DNA of 64,000 nt from Minisyncoccota bacterium (GCA_041664625.1 JBAYKK010000004.1:2343-66342), one strand, 5' to 3'. Shown: positions 37,155 to 48,895, counted from the first letter of the stretch. Numbers and translations: made by a program. The notes: a model not told the origin generated them from the sequence alone.

Positions 37155-38438
37155 TTATTTATTTAACAGAGCAGAGATTTCTCGGCTCGTTTTAAATACC
37201 GCTTCACTGGTCCTAACCCTACCGCTTGTGATTGATTCTATCATGCTCTTAAATATAACATCGGTTTCGATTGGGGATGGGTCAAGCCAAGCTTTACTTT
37301 TGATCGCACTATCATAGAAAACACTTTGATATGCATCTACCGGTTTTTTGTTTAAAAGATCATGTCTGACCGGAGGCAAATTCAAGGTTTTGCTGAAAGC
37401 CGATACTCCCGCCGTCCCCGAAAGGACCGAGACTACAGCAAAGGCAGCCGACGGCACTTTGGAAGATTTGGTGATGGCCAAAGCATTGAAATTAGCAAAA
37501 GAAACATTGACTCCCCCTTCACGCGAAACCGGTACAGTAGTCACATCAAAATTTAAATTAGGATTTTTTAATTGTAGATTTGCTATTTCACTAGCAAAAC
37601 CAAAGTACAAAGCCAAATCTCCACTCAAAAAGTAATTGGTAGAATTTGATAAGGAACGATTCCAAGAATAAGAAGGTTTGGACGGGTTGCCAAATTCGGT
37701 ATAAAAATTGACAGCAGCTTCAGCTGGCACAGTGGGTTGACCGAATGTATCAGCAAAAACACTTTGTATTTTGGTACCGTTCCAAGTAGTGACCGGAGTA
37801 CCCGCCTGCATAGCCAAATTTATGATGATATCTTTGGCGTGAGAGATGTTGGCATACTCACCCAAAGCTACGGCACTTTTTGAAATATTCAAAGAACCAT
37901 CTTTTTTGGATATAACATTGGCTAGATTATAAAATTCATCCCAATATTTTGGTGGTTGCGTCATTTTGGCCTGAGTGAACAAAGCTCGGTTCCAATACAT
38001 GACTAGTGGATCAACAGACACAGGTAAAGCCATGATACCTTCTGGAGTCATATAAATTTCAGAGCCTTCTATAAAAGCATCTTTAAATTGTCTTTGAGTA
38101 AAAACATTGTAAGGAATGACAAATATTTTGTTGCGATGTTTCAAAATCTTTTGAGATGGTAGCATAAAAATATCTGGACCAACTCCCGAAGCTAAACTTT
38201 CAACAAAACTTGAGTCAAATTCGTCTGCAGTTTTTTGAACATACTGCACAGTAAACTCCTTGCTTTGATACAAAGAAGTTTCTTTGACTACGTTATTGAA
38301 ATCATTTGCAGACATGGTACCCCAGATCACCACCGTCGTTGCGTCTTGAGAATTGCCTCTGTAAGCGGAAAAAATAATAACTCCGCCGATCAAAAATAAC
38401 CCAAAAACACCCATCAAAATAATTTGAAATTTATTCAT
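37155..38438 (-). CDS. Extracellular solute-binding protein (ABC transporter SBP, family 1, sugar-type)
   Basis: 427 aa; N-terminal anchor; 'PDIFMLPSQ', 'VDPLVMYWNRALF' family-1 SBP signatures; first gene of the operon containing the seven two-TM proteins. Confidence 0.65.
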   Translation of the reverse strand: MNKFQIILMGVFGLFLIGGVIIFSAYRGNSQDATTVVIWGTMSANDFNNVVKETSLYQSKEFTVQYVQKTADEFDSSFVESLASGVGPDIFMLPSQKILKHRNKIFVIPYNVFTQRQFKDAFIEGSEIYMTPEGIMALPVSVDPLVMYWNRALFTQAKMTQPPKYWDEFYNLANVISKKDGSLNISKSAVALGEYANISHAKDIIINLAMQAGTPVTTWNGTKIQSVFADTFGQPTVPAEAAVNFYTEFGNPSKPSYSWNRSLSNSTNYFLSGDLALYFGFASEIANLQLKNPNLNFDVTTVPVSREGGVNVSFANFNALAITKSSKVPSAAFAVVSVLSGTAGVSAFSKTLNLPPVRHDLLNKKPVDAYQSVFYDSAIKSKAWLDPSPIETDVIFKSMIESITSGRVRTSEAVFKTSREISALLNK

Positions 38439-38493
38439 AGATTTATTATACCCAAACCTTCAAACATCTGCATCTCCAAAAGTGGATGGCAAA

Positions 38494-41004
38494 TTAGAGG
38501 CAGATGAACGAGGCGATGGAGTCACCAGGGTGAAGCTTCATGATGCGGACTCCTTGAGTAGAACGGCCAAGAGAAGGGATTTCAGAAAGACCGAGACGGA
38601 TAACTTGGCTCTTTTTGGACATTGCCACAGCCTCTTCTTCTTCGCCGGTCACCACACTAGAAGCAATGATTTCGCCAGTTTTGGCGGTTACGTTGCTGGT
38701 CTTGATACCAGAACCACCGCGATTTTGAATCTTGTATTCTTTGATTGAGGTCTTTTTGCCGTAGCCATTGGCACCCATAGTAAGCAAGGCCGCATCCTTC
38801 TCGGTCTCTTTGGCAACAGGATGAGCTCCGACTACTCTGTCCCCTTTTTTGAGTTTGATAATCCTGACACCACCAGCGGTACGGCCCATTTCTCGGACGT
38901 CGTTTTCTTTGAATCTGATGGACTGACCTTGAGTAGTGACCACGATACAAGAATCGCCTTTGTTTACTCCAGAAACCGAAACTAATTTGTCACCCTCAGA
39001 AAGTTTGATCGCAATAATGCCACTAGATCTCACGTCTGTGAAGCTCGAAGCTGAAACTTTTTTGCCAGTACCATCTCCGGTCACCATCATGAGAGAAAAA
39101 TCTTTATTGTCTTTCAAATCTTTGGGCCCGCCTGCATCGCGTTGCGAAGCATTGCGGGCAGGCATAGGCAAAATAGAAGTGACGCGTTCACCTTCAGAAA
39201 GAGAAATGAAGTTCATAATAGACTTGCCACGAGTAGCTCGTTTACCTTCTGGCAATTCATACATTTTTATTTGATAAGCTTTGCCTCGATCAGTGAAGAA
39301 CAGCAAATCGGCATGAGTGCTGGCTGTCAAAAAATTGGTCACGAAATCTTCTTCTTTGGTATCCAAATCCACTACTCCCACTCCCCCTCTTTTTTGTTTT
39401 TTGTATTCATCAGGAGAGGTGCGTTTGACGTAACCACCTGAAGTCAAAATCAAAGTATTTTCTTCATCAGCGATCAAATCTTCCATCGACAAGACTTTGA
39501 CTCCACCTTTGACTACTTTGGTACGACGCTCATCACCATATTTTTCGGAAATATCAGAAAGATCTTTTTTGATAATCGAAAGGATTTTTTTAGGATTAGC
39601 TAAAATACTTAGCAATTCGGCTATCAGTTTTTGGATTTCGATTAATTCGTCTTCTATTTTCTTTCTTTCCAAACCGGCCAACTTTTGCAAACGCATTTCC
39701 AAAATAGCGTTGGCTTGCAATTCAGAAAATCTAAAAGTTTTCATGAGGCTGGCTCGAGCATCATCTACATCTTTGGATTTTTTGATGAGTTTAATAATCT
39801 CGTCGATATGATCAAGAGCTTTTTTGAGACCAATCAAGATATGTTCACGAGCCTCTGCTTCACGCAAATCAAATTCGGTCCTTCTCTTTATGACGATTTG
39901 TCGATGTTTTATAAACTCTTCCAAGATACCCTTCATGGAAATAGTCTGGGGTACGCCCCCAACCAAAGCCACGATGTTCAAGTGGAAAGTGTCTTCCAAT
40001 TGAGTATGTTTGTACAAAAAATTCAAAACTTTTTGCGGATAACTGCCATTTTTCAAATCAATCACTACACGTATATCTTTGGTTGATTCATCGCGCAAAC
40101 CTTTGATACCTTCAATTTTTTTCTCTCGTACCAAATTAGCGATGGCCTCAACCAAAGTTTGTTTGTTTACTCGATAAGGTATAGAAGTGATGATTATTTG
40201 CGAAATATTTTTGTCTTCTATTATTTCAGCAACTCCACGGCAAACGATCCCACCACGACCAGTCGTATAAGCATGCAAAATATCTTTGCTATTGAAAATC
40301 ACGCCCCCAAGAGGGAAATCTGGACCTTGCACAAACTGCATCAAATCTTCAGTAGTCGCGTCTTTGTTATCAATGAGGTAGGCGGTAGCGTCAATCACTT
40401 CACGGAGGTTGTGTGGAGGAATGTTGGTAGCCATACCGACAGCAATGCCCAAAGTCCCATTCAACAAAAGCTGTGGAGCGGCGGCCGGCAAAACTGCTGG
40501 TTCCTTTTTGGTAGCGTCATAGTTTGGAACCCAATCTACCGTTTCTTTGTTGATATCACGCAAAAGCTCACTCGTTACTTTACCCATCTTGGCTTCGGTA
40601 TAACGCATAGCGGCAGCTGGGTCGCCATCGACTGAACCAAAGTTTCCTTGGCCGATAATCAGAGGATATCTGATGCTGAATTCTTGGGCCATTTTGACCA
40701 TAGAATCATAAACCGCCACATCACCGTGTGGATGGTAATTTCCTAAAACCTCTCCCACCACAGTAGCTGATTTACGAGTTTTGGCAGCAGCCGAAAGACC
40801 CAAAGTGTGCATGGCATAAAGAATACGGCGATGCACTGGCTTCAAACCATCGCGAACGTCAGGCAAAGCACGATCAGTGATGACCGACATAGCATAATCA
40901 ATGAAAGATTTCTTCATTTCACTGACAATTGAACGAGAAATAACGCTCACATGAGCGCTATTTTCTTCACTATTTGCCTGATTTTTATCTTCCTTTTTAG
41001 CCAT
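38494..41004 (-). CDS. gyrA: DNA gyrase subunit A
   Basis: 836 aa; '[20 protein letters not shown]' active-site region with catalytic Tyr; C-terminal beta-pinwheel repeats. Confidence 0.95.
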   Translation of the reverse strand: MAKKEDKNQANSEENSAHVSVISRSIVSEMKKSFIDYAMSVITDRALPDVRDGLKPVHRRILYAMHTLGLSAAAKTRKSATVVGEVLGNYHPHGDVAVYDSMVKMAQEFSIRYPLIIGQGNFGSVDGDPAAAMRYTEAKMGKVTSELLRDINKETVDWVPNYDATKKEPAVLPAAAPQLLLNGTLGIAVGMATNIPPHNLREVIDATAYLIDNKDATTEDLMQFVQGPDFPLGGVIFNSKDILHAYTTGRGGIVCRGVAEIIEDKNISQIIITSIPYRVNKQTLVEAIANLVREKKIEGIKGLRDESTKDIRVVIDLKNGSYPQKVLNFLYKHTQLEDTFHLNIVALVGGVPQTISMKGILEEFIKHRQIVIKRRTEFDLREAEAREHILIGLKKALDHIDEIIKLIKKSKDVDDARASLMKTFRFSELQANAILEMRLQKLAGLERKKIEDELIEIQKLIAELLSILANPKKILSIIKKDLSDISEKYGDERRTKVVKGGVKVLSMEDLIADEENTLILTSGGYVKRTSPDEYKKQKRGGVGVVDLDTKEEDFVTNFLTASTHADLLFFTDRGKAYQIKMYELPEGKRATRGKSIMNFISLSEGERVTSILPMPARNASQRDAGGPKDLKDNKDFSLMMVTGDGTGKKVSASSFTDVRSSGIIAIKLSEGDKLVSVSGVNKGDSCIVVTTQGQSIRFKENDVREMGRTAGGVRIIKLKKGDRVVGAHPVAKETEKDAALLTMGANGYGKKTSIKEYKIQNRGGSGIKTSNVTAKTGEIIASSVVTGEEEEAVAMSKKSQVIRLGLSEIPSLGRSTQGVRIMKLHPGDSIASFICL

Positions 41005-41056
41005 TTATACCCCTATTATAGCAAAATTAAGCCTTATATACAAGCCAAAAAGTTTA

Positions 41057-41389
41057 TCATCTTTGATAGACCTCAATACTAGAAATGAAAGGCACAAAAA
41101 CTGTCGCCACCGAATCTGTAAGTTCTTGGTATTTTTTGCCAATTTCACCAAAAGCCGCTTCAAAAGTTTTTTTGGTATTTTGTATTGGCGAAGGGACCAA
41201 ATCTGCTGATACGACGCTAGCTACTTGTTTGGGTGGAGCTACATAAATTTCTCCAAAATTCAAAAAACCGCGATAAAAAGCAAAGCTTGTGAATATAAAA
41301 ATAGAACACCCGACCGAAAGACCCAGAGCCCATCCATTACGATGTTTTTCTGATTTTTCCATTATTGAATTATATTTTTTTAATAACAT
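41057..41389 (-). CDS. Hypothetical membrane protein
   Basis: 110 aa with one TM helix. Confidence 0.3.
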   Translation of the reverse strand: MLLKKYNSIMEKSEKHRNGWALGLSVGCSIFIFTSFAFYRGFLNFGEIYVAPPKQVASVVSADLVPSPIQNTKKTFEAAFGEIGKKYQELTDSVATVFVPFISSIEVYQR

Positions 41390-41397
41390 GATTCAAA

Positions 41398-42021
41398 TTA
41401 TTGTTCTGAAATAACAATGATTTCTCCGGCTTTATTTTCTAAATCTTTTTTCTTGATTGTGAGTTTATCCACAGGCTTCAGACCTTCAGCTCCGCCTTCT
41501 TTCAAAAAAGCTTTCAAAGAAGCACTATCAAAATGCATAGGCACGATGACTGAAGGTTCAAGAGAAACGGCAAATTTATAAGCCTCTTGAGGACTTAAAA
41601 CTCCGTCGCCACCGATAGGGACAAAAAGTATATCTACTCCGTCAATGCCCTCTTTGGTTTCTTTGGGAATATCAGTATCGGCCAAAGCCCCCAAAAAACA
41701 AATATTCATATTTTCGAAATTGACTGTATATATAGTATTGATTTTTTCTTCATTATCATATTTGGAAATTGAAGAGAGGCCTTTTATAAAAACCCCTTGA
41801 ATTTCGTATTCGCCAGGAGACTTGATGATAAAAGCTTGTTTATCGCCCCGGTTGACCTGATCAACCCCATTCATATCAGGATGATTCAAAGAAATCAGCG
41901 CGATATCAGCGCCAAAATTGTTGGCCTTAAATTTGGACTTTTTGGATACTGGATCAAACGCCAAAACCGTATCCCCAAATTGGACTTTGAAAGACTGCGC
42001 TCCTTGATATGAAATAATCAT
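41398..42021 (-). CDS. MBL-fold metal-dependent hydrolase (UPF0173-like)
   Basis: 207 aa; beta-lactamase-fold His/Asp pattern ('ISLNHPDM', 'HFD'). Confidence 0.5.
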   Translation of the reverse strand: MIISYQGAQSFKVQFGDTVLAFDPVSKKSKFKANNFGADIALISLNHPDMNGVDQVNRGDKQAFIIKSPGEYEIQGVFIKGLSSISKYDNEEKINTIYTVNFENMNICFLGALADTDIPKETKEGIDGVDILFVPIGGDGVLSPQEAYKFAVSLEPSVIVPMHFDSASLKAFLKEGGAEGLKPVDKLTIKKKDLENKAGEIIVISEQ

Positions 42022-43397
42022 GCAAGCATTTTAGCACGACGGAGCTGTTTGTGGAACCCCAATGCAAACCGGTGAGTTTCGGCATTGGCCAAAAGTATTT
42101 GCTTTTCTAAATTTTCAATTTTTAAATTTTTCAATCTTGTGATTCCCAAAATCTCCTTTGGCTTATGATGCTCATCTTTGACTACTGAAACCACTGGGAT
42201 TTTGGTGTTATTTGCATTCAATATTTTTTCTACTGCTCGTTTTTGGGCCAGCCCACCATCTACCACAATCAGATCTGCTTTGGGCCATTCGATATGAGCC
42301 AAACGTCGCAACAAAACTTCAGAAAGAGCTCTGGTGTCATCTACTATTTTATTATTTCCTGTGGTGAGTTTATCGAACCATTTAATTTTAAATTTTCTAT
42401 AATCGGATTTTTTGATCTCTCCGTTTTCTAGCACCGTCATCGCTCCTACCATATTAGTCCCCGAAAGATGGGCAATATCATAACTTTCTATCCTGAAATT
42501 AGTGTCAAAGGTCCCCTTTGACACTTGATCTTTGATTAAAGATACATCTTGGATGTGGCCGAGAGTGAAGATAGTTTTTTTAATTTTTTGAGCTTTTTCA
42601 AATTGACGAGCTTTGGCAAAATCTCGCATTTGTTTTTCTAATTTTTTAATTAAAACTTGTTTTTTGCTCTCAAAAAACAAAATTATATTTTTGATATTTT
42701 GAGCATATTCTTTTTGAGAAATTTCGCCCATACAAACTCCGGGGCAAAGACCAATCTGACGATTGAAACAAGGTCGGCCAACCATCGGAATACACTTATC
42801 CCTAAATGGGAACATTTTGCGCACGATTTTCAAAGCTTCTTTGAGTTGTGAGCCATTGGGGAAGGGGCCAAAAGTTTTAAATATCCTTATTTTTTCTTTT
42901 TTCCCAACAAATGAAATAGATTCTGAAGCCGTATTTTTCGAAGAAAAATCAGGAACGTCGGCGAAAGAATCTATTTCAGTTGTTGGGATCTGTTCCAATT
43001 CCCTGCCTCTCATAATCAAAACTCTTGGAAAATCTTCATCAGTAATAACCACATAATTAAAACTGCGATTATCTTTTTCTTTGATATTGGCCTCGGGTTG
43101 ATATTTTTTAATTAAATTGGCTTCCAAAACCAAAGCCTCCAAAACCGAATCAGTTTTTATAAATTGAATATCATCAAATTGCGAGAGCATTTTGGAGATC
43201 AGTGGACTGCGAGTGTTCACGATATCTTGATTGAAATAACTCCTGACTCGATCTTTGAGTGATGTGGCTTTACCTACATACAAAATCTTGCCCCCACGCC
43301 AGTCGCCTCCACTACGTTTCGGCGTACCAAGAAACAAATACACCCCCGGCGCATCTGGCAACTTTTTTATTATTTCTGATGCTTTCTGTTTTTCCAT
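42018..43397 (-). CDS. uvrC: Excinuclease ABC subunit C (short form)
   Basis: N-terminal GIY-YIG 'GVYLFLG...ILYVGKATSLKDRVRSYF'; UvrC homology region; part of uvrCAB cluster. Confidence 0.8.
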   Translation of the reverse strand: MEKQKASEIIKKLPDAPGVYLFLGTPKRSGGDWRGGKILYVGKATSLKDRVRSYFNQDIVNTRSPLISKMLSQFDDIQFIKTDSVLEALVLEANLIKKYQPEANIKEKDNRSFNYVVITDEDFPRVLIMRGRELEQIPTTEIDSFADVPDFSSKNTASESISFVGKKEKIRIFKTFGPFPNGSQLKEALKIVRKMFPFRDKCIPMVGRPCFNRQIGLCPGVCMGEISQKEYAQNIKNIILFFESKKQVLIKKLEKQMRDFAKARQFEKAQKIKKTIFTLGHIQDVSLIKDQVSKGTFDTNFRIESYDIAHLSGTNMVGAMTVLENGEIKKSDYRKFKIKWFDKLTTGNNKIVDDTRALSEVLLRRLAHIEWPKADLIVVDGGLAQKRAVEKILNANNTKIPVVSVVKDEHHKPKEILGITRLKNLKIENLEKQILLANAETHRFALGFHKQLRRAKMLA

Positions 43398-43413
43398 TTT
43401 TACAAATATGTCG

Positions 43414-46161
43414 CTAAGCTCTGTGTTTTTTTAAGACTTTTTTCAAATACTGACCGGTGTAAGATTTGGTATTATTGGCCACTTCTTCTGGAGTACCTTT
43501 GGCTACCAATTGCCCACCCCCAACACCTCCATCTGGCCCGATATCAAGCACATAATCACAAGACTTCACGATATCCATATTGTGTTCGATCACCAAAACC
43601 GTATTGCCTTTATTGACCAATTTTTGCAAAATTTCTATCAATTTTTTGACATCTTCATAATGCAGACCGATGGTTGGCTCATCCAAGAGATATATGGTTT
43701 TTTGCAAGTGTGGTCGGTAAAGTTCACTTGAAATTTTGACTCTTTGAGCCTCCCCACCAGAAAGCGTAGTGGCCGATTGACCCAATTCCAAATAACCCAA
43801 ACCCACTTCGTCCAAAGTTTTTAACCTGTCATATATAGCCGGGATATCTTCAAAAAATTTCAAAGCTTCCTCTACTGTCATTTTCAAAATATCGTAAATA
43901 TTTTTCTTTTTATATTTCACATCCAGAGTTTCTTTCATAAATCTTTTGCCGTGACAAACATCGCAAGGCACATAAACCGTCGGCAAAAAATGCATCTCCA
44001 CCTCTATCATGCCGTTCCCTTGGCAGACTTCGCATCGCCCACCTTTGACATTGAAGGAAAACCGATTGGCTTGCCAACCCCGAGCTCGCGCTTCGGCAGT
44101 TTCAGCAAACAAATCTCGCACAAATGTCCACGCCCCGGTATAAGTAGCCGGATTGGACCTCGGCGTACGCCCGATGGCTGACTGATCAATCAAAATAGCT
44201 CGGCCCAAATATTCGGTCCCAGCAAATGAACCACAATTGAAAGTTTCGGCTGTGCGATATTTCTTTTCAAAACGCGCTTGTAAGTTTTTGTACAAAATTT
44301 CATAAACAAAAGAAGATTTACCAGAACCAGAAACTCCGGTCACAGCTACGAATTTACCCAAGGGCACATCGACATTTAAATTTTTGATGTTGAAAACTTT
44401 ACCGCCTCTGATTTGCAAAGCGCCTTTTTCTTTTTCTCTTCTCTTTTCGGGTAATTCAACAATTTTATCACCTCGTAAATAATCCAAAGTGACCGAGTCC
44501 GAATCGTTCTTTTTGGCAGTCAGGAGTTCATTCAAATCTCCAGCGACCACCACTTCCCCGCCGTGCACTCCCGCTCCCGGACCGATATCAACTATATAAT
44601 CAGAAGCATAAATAGTATCTTCATCATGTTCTACCACTATTATAGTGTTGCCTAAATCGCGCAGATCAAGCAAAGTTTGGATCAAGCGATCATTGTCTCG
44701 CGCGTGCAGTCCTATGGTTGGCTCATCGAGTACATACAAAGCTCCCACCAAACCCGAACCAAGTTGAGATGCTAGACGGATGCGTTGAGCCTCCCCGCCT
44801 GAAAGTGTATGAGCTCTGCGATTGAGCGAGAGGTATTCAATACCGACGTTGATCATGAAAATCAGTCTTGATTCGATTTCTCGCAAAACCACTTTAGAAA
44901 TATTTTTTTCGCGCTCAGTCAATTTGAGTTTTTCAAAAAAATCATAAGAATCTTTGATAGACATCTCTACCAACTCTACGATATTTTTGCCTCCTATTTT
45001 CACATGCAGTGCCTCAGGCCTTAGTCTCGCACCCAAACAGACCGGACAAACCTCATTGCCGAAGAAGTGCCGAGTACCCAAACCATTACATTCTGGGCAA
45101 GCACCATATGGGGAGTTGAATGAAAAAAGACGGGGTTCAACTTCAGGATATGAATAACCGTCTTTGGGGCAAGAAAGTTTGTTGGACATTATGAAATTAT
45201 CCCCCGATTCTGAAACCAAAGATTCTGAAGCTGTATTTTTCGAAGAAAAATTAGCGGAGCCAGCGGAAGAATTTTTGGTTTTAGAATTCAATCCTTTAAA
45301 CATAATTTTCACTTGACCTTCAGATTCCGTCAGAGCCTTTTCCAGATCTTCAAAAAGTCGCTCTTCGGCACTTTTGGGATCATTCACAAAATCCGCCATA
45401 CTTATACTATCTACTAAAACATCAATAGTATGTCTTTTGGTTTTTGAAAGTATTATCTGTTCACGCAAAGATTTACGTACTCCATCTACCAAAACGTGCG
45501 AATAACCCTTACCCAACAAATCATAAAGCAGTTGGTAGTACTCGCCCTTTCTGCCTTTGACTACCGGCGCAAAAATTTCAACAAAAACTTGCTGTTCCGC
45601 TGTCGAAGTCGCCAGCTCTACCGCATTTCCCAATTTACTTTTTTTCTTTTTATTTATATCAGACACTGTCTTGGACATATTCTTTTTGAATTCTGTTTTA
45701 TGTACTGCCACTTTTTCCAAAACAAAATTTTTGATTTCTTCGTTTGAAAGTTTTTTGATTTCATCGCCACAGACCAAACAATATGGGTGGCCAACGCGAG
45801 CATACAAAATACGCAAATAATCATAAATTTCTGTGATGGTCGCCACCGTTGAACGTGGATTGTTGGAACGAGATTTTTGGTCAATAGAAATAGCCGGACT
45901 TAATCCTACAATCTCATCAACATCCGGTTTCTGAAGCTGGCGCAAAAATTGCCGAGCATAAGACGAAAGTGATTCTATATATCTGCGCTGGCCTTCGGCA
46001 AAAATAGTATCAAAAGCTAGCGATGATTTGCCAGAACCTGAAAGACCAGTGAAAACTACCATCTTGTTGCGTGGCATTTCTACGGTGATATTTTTGAGAT
46101 TATGAGTCCTCGCCCCTTTGACGATGATCTTATCTCCTTGTTTTTGTTCTTTTTTAATCAT
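43414..46161 (-). CDS. uvrA: Excinuclease ABC subunit A
   Basis: 915 aa; two ABC ATPase modules (Walker A 'GLSGSGKSS' and 'GVSGSGKSS', signatures 'LSGGEAQR'), zinc fingers. Confidence 0.95.
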   Translation of the reverse strand: MIKKEQKQGDKIIVKGARTHNLKNITVEMPRNKMVVFTGLSGSGKSSLAFDTIFAEGQRRYIESLSSYARQFLRQLQKPDVDEIVGLSPAISIDQKSRSNNPRSTVATITEIYDYLRILYARVGHPYCLVCGDEIKKLSNEEIKNFVLEKVAVHKTEFKKNMSKTVSDINKKKKSKLGNAVELATSTAEQQVFVEIFAPVVKGRKGEYYQLLYDLLGKGYSHVLVDGVRKSLREQIILSKTKRHTIDVLVDSISMADFVNDPKSAEERLFEDLEKALTESEGQVKIMFKGLNSKTKNSSAGSANFSSKNTASESLVSESGDNFIMSNKLSCPKDGYSYPEVEPRLFSFNSPYGACPECNGLGTRHFFGNEVCPVCLGARLRPEALHVKIGGKNIVELVEMSIKDSYDFFEKLKLTEREKNISKVVLREIESRLIFMINVGIEYLSLNRRAHTLSGGEAQRIRLASQLGSGLVGALYVLDEPTIGLHARDNDRLIQTLLDLRDLGNTIIVVEHDEDTIYASDYIVDIGPGAGVHGGEVVVAGDLNELLTAKKNDSDSVTLDYLRGDKIVELPEKRREKEKGALQIRGGKVFNIKNLNVDVPLGKFVAVTGVSGSGKSSFVYEILYKNLQARFEKKYRTAETFNCGSFAGTEYLGRAILIDQSAIGRTPRSNPATYTGAWTFVRDLFAETAEARARGWQANRFSFNVKGGRCEVCQGNGMIEVEMHFLPTVYVPCDVCHGKRFMKETLDVKYKKKNIYDILKMTVEEALKFFEDIPAIYDRLKTLDEVGLGYLELGQSATTLSGGEAQRVKISSELYRPHLQKTIYLLDEPTIGLHYEDVKKLIEILQKLVNKGNTVLVIEHNMDIVKSCDYVLDIGPDGGVGGGQLVAKGTPEEVANNTKSYTGQYLKKVLKKHRA

Positions 46162-46263
46162 TTTAATGAATGTAAATACAGAAACTCACCCAAGGTTTGC
46201 CCATAGGGTGTATATATAATCTGCATTAGCAATAATAACACAAGAGCTTATAAAAGTATACAA

Positions 46264-48498
46264 CTACGCCAAAAGTTCCCAGGCGTTTTTGGGGTTTTTG
46301 TGTTTTTTGACTTTGGGCACAATATTTAGTTTTTCGAGTTCAAAAATTTCATCACGAAGCAGTGCCGCGGTTTCGAAGTCCAAAATTTTCACTGCCCCAT
46401 CCATCTGCTTTTCTTTTTGAGCGATAAGTTTTTTAAGTTTCTTTGGATCTTTAAGCAAAATGTTTTTATCTATTTTAATTAATTCATCCACAGCTTTGCC
46501 ATGTTCACTACGCAGTTGATCTGTAATATCTTGAATTTTTTTGATAATAGTTTTGGGTATGATTCCATGTTTAGTATTGTATGCGATCTGTATCGCCCTT
46601 CGACGATTGGTCTCACCTATCGCTCGCTCCATAGAACCTGTCATGGTGTCTGCATACAGGATAACTTTACCAAGTACATTGCGAGCGGCCCGACCGATAA
46701 TTTGGATGAGTGATGTGTCACTGCGCAAAAAACCTTCTTTGTCCGCATCCAAAATACCGATGAGCGTCACCTCTGGTAAATCCAAACCCTCTCGAAGCAA
46801 GTTCACTCCAACCAGACAATCAAACCCACCAAGCTTCGGGCCTTTGCGTAAGTTGGTCAAAATTTCGATTCGATCAATCGTCTTGATGTCACTGTGCAAA
46901 TACTCTGCCTTGATACCCTTTTCTTTCAAATACTCTGACAAATCTTCGGCCATTTTTTTGGTGAGTGTGGTGGCGATAACCCGGCCACCAGCTTTTATAT
47001 TTTTTTCCGCCTCGGCTATGAAATCGGCTATCTGACCAGGGTAGTTCTCTTCTTTTTTCATAACCCCCTCTTGCTTCGCCTTGCGGATGCTTGAAATCGC
47101 ATCCTCACCCCTTACCTTAAGGGGGGAATCAGAAAAACTAGACTCTATATTCTCGCGCCCCTCTCTTAATGTAAGAGAGGGGTTGGGGTGAGTTATTTTT
47201 TTTTCAGTAATCGGCCTGACTTCCACCACGGGATCAATAAGGCCGGTCGGACGGATCACTTGCTCTACCACCCGCTCACTGTGTTCACCTTCATAATGGC
47301 TAGGAGTAGCCGAAGTATAAATAACTTGACCGACTCGTTCTTCAAATTCTTTGAAAGTCAGCGGGCGATTGTCTTTGGCGCTAGGCAATCTAAAACCAAA
47401 ATCTACCAGCGATTGCTTACGCGAAGCATCTCCCGCATACATCGCACCAATCTGAGGAACAGAAACATGTGATTCATCTATTATAGTCAAAAAATCTGGT
47501 TCACCATTTTCTTTATGTGGAAAATATGAAAGTAGTGTGTCTGGCGCTTCACCGGCCTTTTTACCAGAAAAATGCCTAGAATAATTTTCGATGCCGTTGC
47601 AATAACCCATTTCGCGTATCAAAGCCAGGTCGTAAGTGGTGCGTCTTTTGAGTCTCTCGGCTTCCAAAAGTTTGCCAGCCTTTTCTAATTCTTTGAGTCT
47701 AGAAGCCAACTCAGCTTTGATGGTTTTGAAAGCTTTGGCGCTTTGCTCTTTGGTAGAAATGAAATGTTTGGCCGGAAAAAGGAAAAATACTGAAACTTCT
47801 TCAATGATAGCTCGCGTGATCGCTTCTATTTTTAAAATATTTTTTATTACCCCTTCATTGATCTCGATTCTGAAAATAATTTTTTCTGAAACCGGCATGA
47901 TTTCTATCATATTACCAATGACTCTGAATTGACCCGGATTCAAATCGGCGTTGGTGCGTTCAAAATGAATATCAATGAGCTTACGCAAAAAATCGCTTCG
48001 AGAAATTTTTTGGCCTTTTTCTACTTTCAAATTTACTTTTTCATATTCAACTGGAGACCCCAAACCATAAATACAAGAAACCGAGGCCACGATAATCACG
48101 TCTTTACGAGTGAGCAAAGCTTGAGTAGAAGCATGACGCAATCTTTCTATTTCTTCATTTATCATTGCCTCCTTTTCTATATATGTATCAGAGACCGGCA
48201 TATAGGCTTCCGGTTGATAGTAATCATAATATGAGACGAAATAATGCACCGCGTTTTCGGGGAAAAATTCACGATATTCTTGAGCTAGTTGAGCCGCCAA
48301 AGTTTTGTTATGAGCGATGACCAAAGTTGGTTTGTTTATTTTTTCAATAACATTGGCCACTGTGAAAGTTTTGCCACTACCTGTCACGCCCAAAAGAGTC
48401 TGATGCTTCAGACCTTGTTTGATACCGTCTACCAACTTATTTATGGCCTGCGGTTGATCCCCCGCCGGCTCAAAATCTTTTTTAATCTTAAAATTCAT
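46264..48498 (-). CDS. uvrB: Excinuclease ABC subunit B, with ~50-aa in-frame insertion derived from palindromic repeat elements
   Basis: Helicase motifs 'GVTGSGKT', 'DESH', UvrB beta-hairpin region; start at M29 (48498) because the longer ORF overlaps tRNA-Ser; insertion at 47107-47197. Confidence 0.9.
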   Translation of the reverse strand: MNFKIKKDFEPAGDQPQAINKLVDGIKQGLKHQTLLGVTGSGKTFTVANVIEKINKPTLVIAHNKTLAAQLAQEYREFFPENAVHYFVSYYDYYQPEAYMPVSDTYIEKEAMINEEIERLRHASTQALLTRKDVIIVASVSCIYGLGSPVEYEKVNLKVEKGQKISRSDFLRKLIDIHFERTNADLNPGQFRVIGNMIEIMPVSEKIIFRIEINEGVIKNILKIEAITRAIIEEVSVFFLFPAKHFISTKEQSAKAFKTIKAELASRLKELEKAGKLLEAERLKRRTTYDLALIREMGYCNGIENYSRHFSGKKAGEAPDTLLSYFPHKENGEPDFLTIIDESHVSVPQIGAMYAGDASRKQSLVDFGFRLPSAKDNRPLTFKEFEERVGQVIYTSATPSHYEGEHSERVVEQVIRPTGLIDPVVEVRPITEKKITHPNPSLTLREGRENIESSFSDSPLKVRGEDAISSIRKAKQEGVMKKEENYPGQIADFIAEAEKNIKAGGRVIATTLTKKMAEDLSEYLKEKGIKAEYLHSDIKTIDRIEILTNLRKGPKLGGFDCLVGVNLLREGLDLPEVTLIGILDADKEGFLRSDTSLIQIIGRAARNVLGKVILYADTMTGSMERAIGETNRRRAIQIAYNTKHGIIPKTIIKKIQDITDQLRSEHGKAVDELIKIDKNILLKDPKKLKKLIAQKEKQMDGAVKILDFETAALLRDEIFELEKLNIVPKVKKHKNPKNAWELLA
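47158..47197 (+). repeat. Palindromic repeat element (copy 2, inverted relative to 5049-5088) inside uvrB coding sequence
   Basis: cccctctcttaatgtaagagaggggttggggtgagttatt = reverse complement of 5049-5088 (one T indel). Confidence 0.7.
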
Positions 48499-48501
48499 AT
48501 G

Positions 48502-48588
48502 CGGAAGTGGGAGGATTCGAACCCCCGATCCGCTTTCACGGATGCCGGTTTTCGAAACCGGTGCCTTCAACCACTCAGCCACACTTCC
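48502..48588 (-). tRNA. tRNA-Ser (CGA), type II
   Basis: Acceptor GGAAGTG/CACTTCC; anticodon stem CCGGT/ACCGG loop TTCGAAA; long variable arm; T-loop TTCGAAT. Confidence 0.8.
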
Positions 48589-48705
48589 ATAAATCTACTC
48601 CGCCAGTCTAACATTTTTTGCATTATTATCAAAAAATGTTATATTAATTTTGGCCTAAATCAACTTCGTTGATCGGCCGAACATTTTGCTTTGCAAAACG
48701 TTTTA

Positions 48706-48777
48706 GGCCCCATCGTCTAACGGTTAGGACACTGCCTTTTCAAGGCAGGAATCAGAGTTCGATTCTCTGTGGGGTCA
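48706..48777 (+). tRNA. tRNA-Glu (TTC)
   Basis: Acceptor GGCCCCA/TGGGGTC; anticodon stem CTGCC/GGCAG loop TTTTCAA; T-arm CAGAG-TTCGATT-CTCTG. Confidence 0.8.
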
Positions 48778-48895
48778 CATTCAAGGCCGACGCGGAGACA
48801 TCGTTGTTTTGCAACGTATTTCGTCGACCAACATCAAAATCTAAGCCGACCCGAAGTGTCAGTTTTGCATCATTGATTTTTTATTTTAAGATTAT

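Noticed and set aside
38657-40635. Multiple 90-160-aa ORFs antisense to or out of frame within gyrA, uvrA, uvrB and the large surface protein genes
   Set aside because: They are fully embedded in long, well-supported genes and have low-complexity or atypical composition; treated as spurious.
48499-48582. N-terminal 28 codons of the 772-aa uvrB ORF
   Set aside because: They overlap tRNA-Ser(CGA) on the same strand ('AEWLKAPVSKTG...' is the tRNA read in frame); uvrB starts at M29 (48498).
48589-48705. Inverted repeats between divergent tRNA-Ser and tRNA-Glu (aacattttttgc...gcaaaaaatgtt)
   Set aside because: Most simply explained as divergent promoter or terminator structures; no evidence for a mobile-element end or att site from sequence alone.
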